A stretch of 64,000 nucleotides of DNA from Candidatus Omnitrophota bacterium (GTDB lineage: Bacteria > Omnitrophota > Gorgyraeia > Duberdicusellales > 4484-171): the NCBI GenBank assembly GCA_024231025.1, contig JAAEQW010000256.1, forward strand, positions 66,954 through 130,953. The letters are read 5' to 3'. The notes below the pieces were generated by a model. The model had not been told where the DNA came from, made no database searches, and saw nothing but the letters and a program-made list of their open reading frames with translations. Shown here one piece after another: positions 21,201 through 30,489 of this stretch; positions within the stretch are counted from its first letter, which is position 1; each line of letters opens with the position of its first letter. The translations under genes were made by a program, and so were the position numbers.

Positions 21201-21887
21201 GTGTCTAGAAAAGAACCGTTGGTTGTAGGAAAAACTTATCACATTTTCAGTAAAAGCATTGCTAATTTTAAAGTATTTAATAGTTCTTTTGAATATGAGA
21301 GAATGGTTAAGATGATTCAATATTATCGACAAGAAAATCCTTCGCAAAGGTTTTCTCGTTTTATTGAACGTAGAGGGAGTGATAAAAAGACAGACGACCT
21401 GCGAACTCTTTCTTCGAATGAAAAAGCATTGGTAGAAATAATTTCATATTGCATAATGCCTACTCATTTTCATTTGGTATTGACCCAGATGAAAGATGGA
21501 GGTATATCAATTTTTGTGAATAATCTCCTAAACAGTTATACAAGATATTTCAATACCAAACTTAAAAGAAAAGGCCCTTTGTGGGAATCGAGGTTTAAGA
21601 GTGTTTTTGTTGGCACAGACGAGCAATTGCTTCACTTAACGCGCTATATACATCTTAACCCCGTTACCGCATATTTAGTTGATCAACCAGAAGATTGGGG
21701 ATTTTCTTCATATAACGAATATGTTGGCAACGCTCTTTCTGAAAATAAGATATGTGAATACGATAATGTTTTGGACATCACCCCTAGTTCCTATGGAGAT
21801 TTTGTAAAAGACAGAATCTCATACCAGAGGTCGTTAGGGTGGATAAAAAATGTGGCTCTTGAAGAAACCCAAATGTACACCGCGTAG
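21201..21887 (+). CDS. REP-associated tyrosine transposase (Y1/HUH)
   Basis: YHIFSKS, YCIMPTHFHL, RKGPLWESRF, RYIHLNP; AGGAG RBS before GTG 21201; stop codon lies inside a REP. Confidence 0.92.
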   Translation: MSRKEPLVVGKTYHIFSKSIANFKVFNSSFEYERMVKMIQYYRQENPSQRFSRFIERRGSDKKTDDLRTLSSNEKALVEIISYCIMPTHFHLVLTQMKDGGISIFVNNLLNSYTRYFNTKLKRKGPLWESRFKSVFVGTDEQLLHLTRYIHLNPVTAYLVDQPEDWGFSSYNEYVGNALSENKICEYDNVLDITPSSYGDFVKDRISYQRSLGWIKNVALEETQMYTA

Positions 21888-21951
21888 GTGTACACGGGTT
21901 AAGGCTTTAAACAAAGGGAATAAAGTGTACACCTACGCGGTGTACACGGGT
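21874..21951. repeat. REP doublet right of RAYT unit 2
   Basis: 21874-21924 is identical to 20668-20718; the last REP has the inverted loop TACGC. Confidence 0.9.
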
Positions 21952-21974
21952 AAAAGTGTGTTGGGAGGGCTATT

Positions 21975-22529
21975 ATGGATAAGAAAAAGATAGAAAAAGC
22001 AGCGAGAATGATTTTGGAGGCGGTTGGTGCTGATTTAACAAAAAAAGACATTGCAAGTACGCCTAAACGCGTTGCTAGTATGTACGCGGAAGTTTTATCG
22101 GGACAGAATAAAAATCCCGAAAATGAGCTGGAAGTAATTCTGGAAGAAAAACATGATGAGATAATCTTACTAAAAAATATACCTTTATACAGCATGTGTG
22201 AACACCATCTTCTTCCGTTTATCGGCAAGGCAAGCGTTGCCTATATTCCTGACAAAAGAATAACCGGCCTTAGCAAGATAGCAAGAGTGGTTGAAGTTTT
22301 GGCTCGCCGTCTTCAGGTGCAAGAGCGCCTTACTGCTAAAGTCGCTGACGCAATTATGAAAAAATTAAAACCTAAGGGGGTGATGGTAGTAATTGAAGCC
22401 GAGCATCTTTGCATGACAATGAGAGGGGTGCAAAAACCCGGCGCAGTTACAGTAACCTCAGTTGTAAGAGGGGTTTTTAGAAGCAACCAGAAAACGCGTC
22501 AAGAAGCATTAGGGCTAATAAGAAATTAG
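21975..22529 (+). CDS. folE: GTP cyclohydrolase I
   Basis: [35 protein letters not shown]. Confidence 0.97.
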   Translation: MDKKKIEKAARMILEAVGADLTKKDIASTPKRVASMYAEVLSGQNKNPENELEVILEEKHDEIILLKNIPLYSMCEHHLLPFIGKASVAYIPDKRITGLSKIARVVEVLARRLQVQERLTAKVADAIMKKLKPKGVMVVIEAEHLCMTMRGVQKPGAVTVTSVVRGVFRSNQKTRQEALGLIRN

Positions 22530-22566
22530 TTAAAAACGTAAAACTATAATTGGTTTTAAGTTATAA

Positions 22567-22975
22567 GCTGTGCCCTCAATAAATATGGTAAAATTATTTA
22601 TGATGAATGGATTAATACCGGTCAATTACGCAAGAATGTGTTAATGGATGTATCTGTTATAATGCCAAATCATATGCATGGTATTATTGCGATAAGTGAC
22701 ATCGGTAAGGAATCCGGAAAGCAGAAGGGGTTGGGAAGGGTACCTGCTGGATCATTAGCGGCAATTATCCGAGCATTTAAATCGTCGGTAACCAAGCGCG
22801 TTAATGAATCACATGATCTCTCGGGAGCGCCAATATGGCAGCGTAATTATTACGAACATATTATTCGTAATGATCAGGAATTGGATAAAATCCGTAAATA
22901 TATTATCGATAATCCCATAAATTGGATTAATGATGATGAAAACAATAAAAAGGGCACAGCGCGCTGTGCCCCTAC
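22567..22975 (+). pseudogene. 5'-truncated RAYT between GTAGGGGCACAGC-family REPs
   Basis: IMPNHMHGII, IWQRNYYEHIIRN, YIIDNP; half REP at 22567 and full REP at 22951-22975. Confidence 0.8.
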
Positions 22976-23012
22976 TCGCTTACAACTGTACAAGGATTAA
23001 GAGATTATTGTG

Positions 23013-23040
23013 TAGACTTTTTTGATGGGGTTTGCGTCTA
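23013..23040 (+). promoter_or_regulatory. Possible ECF-type promoter of the sigma operon
   Basis: TAGAC-N17-CGTCTA upstream of an ECF operon; only resembles ECF -10 CGTC motifs. Confidence 0.3.
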
Positions 23041-23087
23041 ATTTGGTGAGAGTGAAAAGCAGTGATTATTGAAAAAAGGAGGTCAGA

Positions 23088-23870
23088 ATGGTGAAAAAAG
23101 TAGTTTTTTTAGTAGTTTTTTTAATCGTCGGTTCAGTTTATGCTCAAGATACTCAGCGTCAGACTCAAAAAAGTGAAAATCAGGCCTATCGCGAAACACA
23201 AGTGCAAGAACGCCAATCCTTTAGGGAATCTCAAAGAGATGAAAATCAAGCTTATCGCAAAGATCAAAAAGAGCAACGTCAGGATTTTAGATCTACACAA
23301 AAGCAAGAAAATCAAGCTTATCGAGACACCCAAAAGGGTGAGAATCAAGATTTCAAATCTACGCAAAAGCAAGAAAATCAAGATTTCAGGTCTACGCAAA
23401 AGCAAGAAAACCAAAATTATCGCCAATCTCAAAAAGCTAAAGATCAGGCTTTTATCGATGGTTTAAAAAATTCCGACATGACTCCTCGGCAAAAACAAGA
23501 GGCAGTAGCTCAATATAGGAAAGAGAAAAAAGGAGAAAACAAAGAATATCGCCAGTCACAACGCAAGGAAAACAAAGAGCACCAACAATCACAACGCGGT
23601 GAAAACAAAGAGTATCGTCAGTCACAACGCAAGGAAAGAAAAGATCACCGACAGTCACAACGTGGCGAAAACAAAGAGTATCGTCAGTCACAACGCAAGG
23701 AAAGAAAAGATCATCGACAGTCGCAACGTGGCGAAAAAAAAGAATATCGCCAGTCGCAACGCAAAGAGAACAAAGAATTTAGAAAGTCTCAAAAGTCTGA
23801 AAACAAGAGTCATAGAAAAACTCAAAAGTCAGAAAATCGATCCCATCGAAAATCAAAAAGAGGACGGTGA
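23088..23870 (+). CDS. Secreted protein built of ~18 11-residue repeats
   Basis: Signal peptide (VYA-Q); repeats like ENQAYRDTQKG and ENKEYRQSQRK; AAGGAGG RBS. Confidence 0.85.
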   Translation: MVKKVVFLVVFLIVGSVYAQDTQRQTQKSENQAYRETQVQERQSFRESQRDENQAYRKDQKEQRQDFRSTQKQENQAYRDTQKGENQDFKSTQKQENQDFRSTQKQENQNYRQSQKAKDQAFIDGLKNSDMTPRQKQEAVAQYRKEKKGENKEYRQSQRKENKEHQQSQRGENKEYRQSQRKERKDHRQSQRGENKEYRQSQRKERKDHRQSQRGEKKEYRQSQRKENKEFRKSQKSENKSHRKTQKSENRSHRKSKRGR

Positions 23871-24520
23871 TTAAAATGAAGACGGCTCGGTTATGGTTAA
23901 TCGCAATTTTTTGCACAGTTTGTTTAAGCGCGTCGCTTTTTGCTCAGGAGGACCATGTGCTTTTTGAAGGTTTGTCTAAGGCCGATAAGGAGGAGATGGT
24001 TAAGCTAAAGAATGATGATCCTGAAAAGTTTCATGAAGCAATGCGTGCTAAGATGCAGGCAAAAAAGCAAGAGTTAAAAGCTTTAAAAGAGAGCGATCCC
24101 GAAAAGTTTAAGGCAATTATGAAGGGCCATCGTCAAAAAATAAAGCAACGTATGGACAAGCTGAAAAAAGAGAATCCTCAAAAATATGAGGAAATGACCA
24201 AAAAACACCGCGCTAAAAGAAGAGAGCGCGCCAAAAAACTTCGCAAAGAGGACCCCGAAAAATTTAAAGAAATGATGCAGAATCGTCGCCGCAAGATGAA
24301 GGCGCGTCTGGAGAAACTTAAAGAAAGCGATCCTAAAAAGTATGAGGAAATGAAAGCGAAGATCGAAAAAAGAAGGACCCAACGCCTTAAAAGAATTTGC
24401 GAAGAGGATCCCGATCGATGTGAAAAAATTAAAGCGAGAAGAAAAAAACGACGTCTTAAGCGCGATAGCCACCGAAAAACTGATAGTGATAATTTTAGCG
24501 GGAGTGAGCCTAGTGAGTAG
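23867..24520 (+). CDS. Secreted highly charged helical repeat protein (Spy/DUF3106-like)
   Basis: Signal peptide (LFA-Q); ~26-aa repeats containing LKESDPEKF. Confidence 0.7.
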   Translation: MIKMKTARLWLIAIFCTVCLSASLFAQEDHVLFEGLSKADKEEMVKLKNDDPEKFHEAMRAKMQAKKQELKALKESDPEKFKAIMKGHRQKIKQRMDKLKKENPQKYEEMTKKHRAKRRERAKKLRKEDPEKFKEMMQNRRRKMKARLEKLKESDPKKYEEMKAKIEKRRTQRLKRICEEDPDRCEKIKARRKKRRLKRDSHRKTDSDNFSGSEPSE

Positions 24521-24534
24521 TTGTTCTTTAAAAT

Positions 24535-25074
24535 ATGCTTTACAATAAAGAGGAAGAACTATTGGCAAAGTTGGATGAGCTTGCATCAGGCTCTGATGAG
24601 GCATTTGAGGATATTTTGCGCCTTGTGTATTCGGACATTTTAAATATTGCGCTGAAATATTTATTAAACTATGAAGACGCAAAAGATGTTTCTCAAGAGG
24701 TGTCCTTAAAGCTTTATCATAAGATCAAAACTTATCATCGGGCATCAAAGCTCTCAACATGGATATATCGAGTTGTTGTAAATGCTTGTATTGATTTTTT
24801 ACGGCGTAAAAAAAGCGTAGTTAGTTTTAATGATGCGATAAAAACAGATACAAAAGCAATGGACGAAGTAGAAAAAAGAGATAACCAGAATTTAATTAGC
24901 AAAGCGATTGCTAAATTGCCCAATCGACAAAAAAACGTAATTATACTAAAGCATTTTGAAGGATTAAAAATAGCTCAAATAAGTAAAGTTTTGCGTTGTT
25001 CGCAAAGTAGCGTAAAGACGCATTTGTATCGAGCGATAGACAGTTTAAGAAATGAGCTAGGAGGAATAATATGA
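24535..25074 (+). CDS. ECF RNA polymerase sigma factor
   Basis: Region 2 DAKDVSQEV/STWIYRVVVNACID; region 4 LPNRQK...SVKTHLYRA. Confidence 0.93.
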   Translation: MLYNKEEELLAKLDELASGSDEAFEDILRLVYSDILNIALKYLLNYEDAKDVSQEVSLKLYHKIKTYHRASKLSTWIYRVVVNACIDFLRRKKSVVSFNDAIKTDTKAMDEVEKRDNQNLISKAIAKLPNRQKNVIILKHFEGLKIAQISKVLRCSQSSVKTHLYRAIDSLRNELGGII

Positions 25075-25574
25075 TTTGTCCTAAAAAAGAAGAAATTACC
25101 CTTTATTATTATCGTGAATTAAGTGCTAGCAAAGTAAAATTTGTAAAAAACCACTTAAAAATTTGTAAAAAATGCGCTAGCGAATATGCGGCGGTAGAGT
25201 CTTTTTTGAAAGGTTTAGATTTAGAGGGCGTTGTGCCTGAAGAGCTAGACTATTCACTTATAATGGACAAGGCAAAAGAGCCGCGCTTTAATCCGATACT
25301 TGATTTTGTTAATAATTTGCGCTTTGGCTTATCGTTTTCGCCAAGACTTGTTCCTGTTTTGGCAGTATTAATTTTAACTCTGGCGATATTTCCGTTCATC
25401 GGCAAAAAGGAAAGCAATTATAATTTAGAGATTTTACAAATTGAAATGGAGCTATCATTAGGCAGTGCATCAGCGCTTGATGAGTATTTTGATGATGAGG
25501 TTATAGAGGAGCTATCGAACCCCGAATATTCCATTCTTCAAAGCAATCAGGGTCCAGCTCATAAAGAAACTTAG
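25071..25574 (+). CDS. Zinc-finger (ZAS) anti-sigma factor
   Basis: HLKICKKC (HxxxCxxC) plus one TM helix, directly after the ECF gene. Confidence 0.85.
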   Translation: MICPKKEEITLYYYRELSASKVKFVKNHLKICKKCASEYAAVESFLKGLDLEGVVPEELDYSLIMDKAKEPRFNPILDFVNNLRFGLSFSPRLVPVLAVLILTLAIFPFIGKKESNYNLEILQIEMELSLGSASALDEYFDDEVIEELSNPEYSILQSNQGPAHKET

Positions 25575-27456
25575 AGCCACGGGTTATAATCATTCCGCTT
25601 TTAAATGTATATTTGTTTTGTGGATAAGTTATGTAAAGATGTGACTTTGTGCGCGTAGCAGCAACATAAAATAAACGACGTTCCTCTTCCATTGCCTCGT
25701 CTGATTCAATCGCTTTTGGATGAGGAAAATCGTAATCATTGAATCCGATCAAAAACACAACTTTCCATTCCAAACCCTTTGCTTGATGAATAGTAGAGAG
25801 CACTAAAGTTTCTCCTTTTTCGGACGCCGACAGAATAGTCTCGCCTTTAAAGCCTTCGGTGTTTAAATCAAGAATGAAATTTTTTATCGTAGGGTATCCA
25901 TCAGCCATTTTTGCTAGCTCTTCTAAATCAAGAATGCGGTCTTGCGGATTTTCGAAAGAAAGTTGACAGTAATCTTTGTAGAATTCCAAAACTTCCTTAA
26001 TTGCCTTTTGCGGCTCTTTTATTTTTTGCAATGCCCCAAGAACAGACGCAAAATTTCTGAATCCTGTTTGCTGTTTTTTTGGGAGCTCTTTTATTATTGA
26101 GGCGGGTGTTTTTTTATCTTGGAGTTTGCGCCATATTTTATGAGCGTATCCACGGCCAATGCCTTGGTGCAGTGAAATTGCTCGTTTAAAAGATATTTCA
26201 TCGTGGTGGTTTACGAGTATTTTAAGATAGCTCATTACATCCTTAATGTGTGATTGTTCAAAGAAGCGCATACCGCCGCGTATCAAATATGGTATGTTGC
26301 GCTTGATCAGTTCCATTTCAAGTTCTAAAGCTTGAAAACGCGAACGAAATAATACTGCAATGTTGTTTATTGAAATGTTTTCTTGGTTTAATTCTAATAT
26401 TCTCTGGGTAACGAATTGTGCTTGTTGATAAACATCATTGGTTTTTACGGCAATGGGCAGGTTACCGTCGAGTTTTATTGCGCGTAGAGTTTTAGGAAAT
26501 TGATTTATGTTATGTTTAATTATCTCATTAGCCAGGCAAAGTATTTGTGGCGTTGAGCGATAGTTAATTTCAAGGCGAAATATTTTAGCTCCTTTAAAAA
26601 TTTGAGGGAAATCTAAAAGATTTTTTATTTGTGCTCCGCGAAAAGAATATATTGATTGGGCATCGTCACCAACAACTAAGATGTTATTGTGATGGGAAGA
26701 AAGTTTTTGTAATATTTGAAATTGAACTTTATTAGTATCCTGATATTCATCCACTAAAACATGAGTAAACATTTGTGAATACTTGTCGCAGATTTCTTTT
26801 TCTTTTAAAACATTTAAAAAGTTGATGAGCAAGTCATCAAAGTCCATGGTGTTAGCTTCTTTTTTCCTTTTTTCATAACGCGCTAAAACTTTTCTTATTT
26901 GAGGAATAAAATCTTCTAAATGCGGATAGAAGTTAATGATCAGGTCGCTAACTTTTTTTTGACTACTTGCTTGTAAGCTGCGGATGTTGGCGATTACATT
27001 TTTTTTGGGAGTGAGCTTACCTTGTTTAGAAAATTGCCCTTCTTCTAGGCACTCTTGAATTAGACTTAAAGAGTCTTGGCGGTCAACAATTGTAAAGTTT
27101 GAAGAATACCCCAACAAATGCGCCTCACGTCGTAAAATCATATTCGCAATATGGTGAAAAGTGCCCGCCCAAAGCCCCGTCAGATTAGATTTTAGCAGCA
27201 CTTCAGCACGATGAATCATTTCCTGGGCTGCCTTATTGGTGAAAGTTGCCAGGAGAATATTTGTTGGATGCACCCCTTGCTCTAGCAGATAAGCCAGGCG
27301 ATAGATTAAGACCCTGGTTTTTCCGCTTCCGGCACCGGCTAAAACAAGAGCGGGGCCGCTTGCCTCTTTGATTACTTTGAGTTGTTGGGAGTTTAAATTG
27401 TTGGCGTAATCTATTGTTGTTTTTCTTTGGAAAGATTGTAGCTGATAGTCCTTCAT
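25501..27456 (-). CDS. uvrD: UvrD/PcrA-family DNA helicase
   Basis: AGAGSGKT, TFTNKAA, VDEYQD, VGDDAQSIY, STIHQAKGLEW, EERRLFYVA; likely start MKDYQL at 27456. Confidence 0.92.
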   Translation of the reverse strand: MKDYQLQSFQRKTTIDYANNLNSQQLKVIKEASGPALVLAGAGSGKTRVLIYRLAYLLEQGVHPTNILLATFTNKAAQEMIHRAEVLLKSNLTGLWAGTFHHIANMILRREAHLLGYSSNFTIVDRQDSLSLIQECLEEGQFSKQGKLTPKKNVIANIRSLQASSQKKVSDLIINFYPHLEDFIPQIRKVLARYEKRKKEANTMDFDDLLINFLNVLKEKEICDKYSQMFTHVLVDEYQDTNKVQFQILQKLSSHHNNILVVGDDAQSIYSFRGAQIKNLLDFPQIFKGAKIFRLEINYRSTPQILCLANEIIKHNINQFPKTLRAIKLDGNLPIAVKTNDVYQQAQFVTQRILELNQENISINNIAVLFRSRFQALELEMELIKRNIPYLIRGGMRFFEQSHIKDVMSYLKILVNHHDEISFKRAISLHQGIGRGYAHKIWRKLQDKKTPASIIKELPKKQQTGFRNFASVLGALQKIKEPQKAIKEVLEFYKDYCQLSFENPQDRILDLEELAKMADGYPTIKNFILDLNTEGFKGETILSASEKGETLVLSTIHQAKGLEWKVVFLIGFNDYDFPHPKAIESDEAMEEERRLFYVAATRTKSHLYITYPQNKYTFKSGMIITRGSKFLYELDPDCFEEWNIRGSIAPL

Positions 27457-27553
27457 AATTAAAGTATTATAGACAAAATGTGAAAAGAGACAATAGTTTT
27501 CTTTCCAGACAAAGGGTTTTGTGATAAAATAAGTCACAAGGGAGGTGGTTTAA

Positions 27554-27913
27554 ATGAGTAGCGATAGCAGAAAATTTGTAAGATTTGAAATACCACTTGA
27601 TGTAGCACTCAAAGAGCCCGGGCTCGAAAATGGCAAACGAGAGGCGCTTACTAAGGATTTTTCCCGTAAGGGTCTTTGTTTAACCTCTAACAGTTTTAAC
27701 TTTGACTTAAACTCAGTTGTTGAGCTGGAACTAATGGTTCCCGACAAGAAAGATCCTTTAAAAATTTCCGGTGAAGTTGTCTGGAAAAAGCAAGTTGACG
27801 ATAAGTGGGCAGTCGGGTTAGAATTTAAGGAAATTGATTCCGCATGCAAAATCGACATTTTAGAATTTGCATATAATAGCTGGCTGGCTAAGATACGCCG
27901 TCATGAGGCTTAA
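27554..27913 (+). CDS. Stand-alone PilZ-domain protein (c-di-GMP receptor)
   Basis: RKFVR (RxxxR), DFSRKG (DxSxxG), GEVVW, VGLEF. Confidence 0.88.
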   Translation: MSSDSRKFVRFEIPLDVALKEPGLENGKREALTKDFSRKGLCLTSNSFNFDLNSVVELELMVPDKKDPLKISGEVVWKKQVDDKWAVGLEFKEIDSACKIDILEFAYNSWLAKIRRHEA

Positions 27914-28006
27914 TTTTTGTTCTGTTTGAGTTGATTTTGCAACGTTACGATTAAACTGCAATGGACGATAATCCTTCCAATAATCTTGTTCCCGATGTGA
28001 GGAGTA

Positions 28007-29218
28007 ATGGTTAATTTTATTCTGTTTTTCGTTTTTATAGCTCTGTCAGCGTTTTTTTCAGCTTCAGAGACCGCACTTTTTTCCTTAAGTGATTTAAAGC
28101 TGCGTCGTTTGCAAGAACAAAAACCTCAAGCAAAAATAGTCAAAAAAATACTTAAAAAACCTACGCGTCTGCTTTCGGCGATTGTTTTTGGCAATATGCT
28201 GGTTAATATTGGTCTTGTTTCGCTTTCGACCGCTGTTTTTGTATCTCTTTGGGGTCAGCAAGGCCTAATCGTTTCAATTTTTCTAAGCGGTATTCTTATT
28301 CTTTTCTTCGGAGAGATTTTTCCAAAAACTCTTGCTATATATGCGGCTGATAAATTGTCTTTGGCATTTGCGCCAACATTGGATTTTTTCTCTAAAACGT
28401 TTTCCCCATTAGTTATGGTTATCGAAAAGATCGTTGCTTTTTTCTCATCTTATTTGATAAGGAGTTCACGCAAAAAACCATTAACCGACGAAGAGCTAAG
28501 AACTGCACTTCTTTTAGGCAAAGAAGAAGGGCAAATTACAGTTGAAGAAGAAGAGATGATTAGTCATGTTTTAGAGTTTAAAGATACCTGGGCCAGTGAA
28601 ATATTAACTGCGCGTATTGACATTGAAGGTATTGACATAAAATCAACTAAGTCCGAGGCGTTGGCAGCATTGCGCAAGAGCAAGCATTCGCGTTTTCCGG
28701 TTTATGAGAGCTCGTTGGATAACATCGTTGGTATCTTGCGGGTTAAGAAAGTGTTTCTTAATCCGGATAAGGATTGGCGTTTGTTTTTGCGTGAGCCGAT
28801 TTTTGTTCCTGAGAGCAAAAGGATCGACGATCTCCTAAAGTTATTTATGGATAAAAAAGAAAGAATCGCCATTGTTTTAGATGAGTACGGAGGCACCGAG
28901 GGACTGGTTACCTTAGAGGATATCGAGGAAGAGATCTTTGGCGAAATTTACGATGAATTTGAAACTCCAAAAGCTGCGATCGAAAAAATTGATGAAAACA
29001 CTTGGCGCCTTTATGGCAAGACGCCGCTTAAAAATGTGAACATGGAGTTAGATTTAGATTTACCGGAGCGAGAAAATAATGTTGCTGGATTTTTACTCTC
29101 CAAAATGGAAAAGATCCCTCGCTCTAAAGAAAAATATATCTCACAAAACATGGAGTTTACGATTGAGCGGGCAACAGCAAAGAGAATTACCAGCGTAATT
29201 TTAAAGTTAAAACGATGA
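28007..29218 (+). CDS. CNNM/CorB (DUF21-CBS-CorC) protein
   Basis: SAFFSASETALFS, FGEIFPK, HSRFPVY, DEYGG, GEIYDE. Confidence 0.92.
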   Translation: MVNFILFFVFIALSAFFSASETALFSLSDLKLRRLQEQKPQAKIVKKILKKPTRLLSAIVFGNMLVNIGLVSLSTAVFVSLWGQQGLIVSIFLSGILILFFGEIFPKTLAIYAADKLSLAFAPTLDFFSKTFSPLVMVIEKIVAFFSSYLIRSSRKKPLTDEELRTALLLGKEEGQITVEEEEMISHVLEFKDTWASEILTARIDIEGIDIKSTKSEALAALRKSKHSRFPVYESSLDNIVGILRVKKVFLNPDKDWRLFLREPIFVPESKRIDDLLKLFMDKKERIAIVLDEYGGTEGLVTLEDIEEEIFGEIYDEFETPKAAIEKIDENTWRLYGKTPLKNVNMELDLDLPERENNVAGFLLSKMEKIPRSKEKYISQNMEFTIERATAKRITSVILKLKR

Positions 29219-30174
29219 TTATATTATACTTACTAGGCAGTTTTTGTTTCATTATTTTGCAGGGATTTTTTGCCGCAAGCGAAATAAGTTTTATTTCCTC
29301 AAGTCTGCTTAAGTTGCGTCACCGTAAAGATAAGGGCGATAAGTTTTCAGCTGATGCATATCGGATAATGCTTTCTCCGGAGAAATTTTTAGCGACCACT
29401 TTGGTTGGCACCAATCTATCAGTAATTCTAAGCACAAGCTTGCTGACTTCGTTTTTAGTTAAAGCGGGAGTGCAGAACAGTAATGTTTGGATTACAATTT
29501 TCTTTACGCCGCTAATTGTTATTTTTGCTGAACTTATTCCTAAAAATATTGGAAGGTACTTTAAAGAAGATTTTAGTATTTGGGCAGTAAAGCCTTTTTC
29601 TATTTTTGAAAAGTTGTTTTCTCCGGTTGTGGTGAGTATTGAGGCGATCAGTAAATTTGTGATAAGAGTTTTTATTGGCAAAGTGCGTCCGCGCTCTTTG
29701 TTTGTAACCAAGGAAGAAATTAGATTGCTGATTAACGAAATTAAAAAAGAGGGAGGAATCGATAAAGGCGAGCAAGAGGCGATAGAAGAGGTGTTTGAAT
29801 TTAGAAGCAATAAAATTAAAGAAGTTTGCGTAGGTATTAAAAAAGTAGCCGCGGTTGATTATACTGACTCATATAAAAAGATTATTGAGGTAGTAAGTAA
29901 ATCCGGGTACACGCGTTATCCGGTGTTTAAAAATCGGGAGATAGCTGGTTATATAAATATTTACGATTTGTTTTATAATGAGCAAGAAAATTGGCATTCG
30001 TTTATCCGGCCAATCACAAAGGTTAGCGTTAACCAAAAACTTTATGAGGTTTTCAGTAGTTTAAGAAAGAAAAAAGAAAGCATGGCTCTGGTGTTTAAAG
30101 GAAAGCGTGTTTTCGGAATCATTACTTTGCAGGACCTTATCCGCGAAATAATCACTTCAATCGTCAAAATTTAA
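29215..30174 (+). CDS. CNNM (DUF21-CBS) protein, second paralog
   Basis: GFFAASEISF, FAELIPK, YTRYPV; lacks the CorC tail. Confidence 0.88.
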   Translation: MIILYLLGSFCFIILQGFFAASEISFISSSLLKLRHRKDKGDKFSADAYRIMLSPEKFLATTLVGTNLSVILSTSLLTSFLVKAGVQNSNVWITIFFTPLIVIFAELIPKNIGRYFKEDFSIWAVKPFSIFEKLFSPVVVSIEAISKFVIRVFIGKVRPRSLFVTKEEIRLLINEIKKEGGIDKGEQEAIEEVFEFRSNKIKEVCVGIKKVAAVDYTDSYKKIIEVVSKSGYTRYPVFKNREIAGYINIYDLFYNEQENWHSFIRPITKVSVNQKLYEVFSSLRKKKESMALVFKGKRVFGIITLQDLIREIITSIVKI

Positions 30175-30212
30175 TCAAGCGAAGAGCGTATAAGTGGTAA
30201 GTGGTAAGTATT

Positions 30213-30478
30213 AAATTAGCGCAAAACTAAAAGCTAAAAACGCAAAACCATAGCGTAAAAGTTAGAATTAAACATGGCGCTGTTGCAAAATAAACACGTC
30301 ATTGCGAGGAACAAAGTGACGAAGCAATCTCTTATTTATCAAGGGTTTTGAGATTGCTTCGCTTCGCTCGCAATGACAAAAATGCATTTTGCAACAGCGC
30401 CAACATATCTTTTATTTCGGGAAAAACTTTTGAATTTTGAATTATGGTTTTTCGTTCTTAGCTTTTCATTTTTAGTTG
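30213..30478. repeat. Long imperfect AT-rich hairpin element (family A) with a nested MITE
   Basis: Arms at ~30213-30270 and ~30425-30478 resemble the reverse complement of 38744-38876 and 37087-37207. Confidence 0.7.
30276..30401. mobile_element. 126-bp MITE with 16-bp terminal inverted repeats and a 5-bp target duplication
   Basis: GGCGCTGTTGCAAAAT...ATTTTGCAACAGCGCC flanked by AACAT at 30271-30275 and 30402-30406; internal GTCATTGCGAG...CTCGCAATGAC palindrome. Confidence 0.85.
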
Positions 30479-30489
30479 ACATGCGGTAG

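Noticed and set aside
20662-21951. Palindromic repeats as a CRISPR array
   Set aside because: Only two doublets with an identical spacer, next to a RAYT, and no cas genes; these are REPs.
23170-23860. 33-bp periodic DNA as CRISPR or a non-coding satellite
   Set aside because: The repeats are degenerate, in frame, have no spacers and encode the 11-aa protein repeats.
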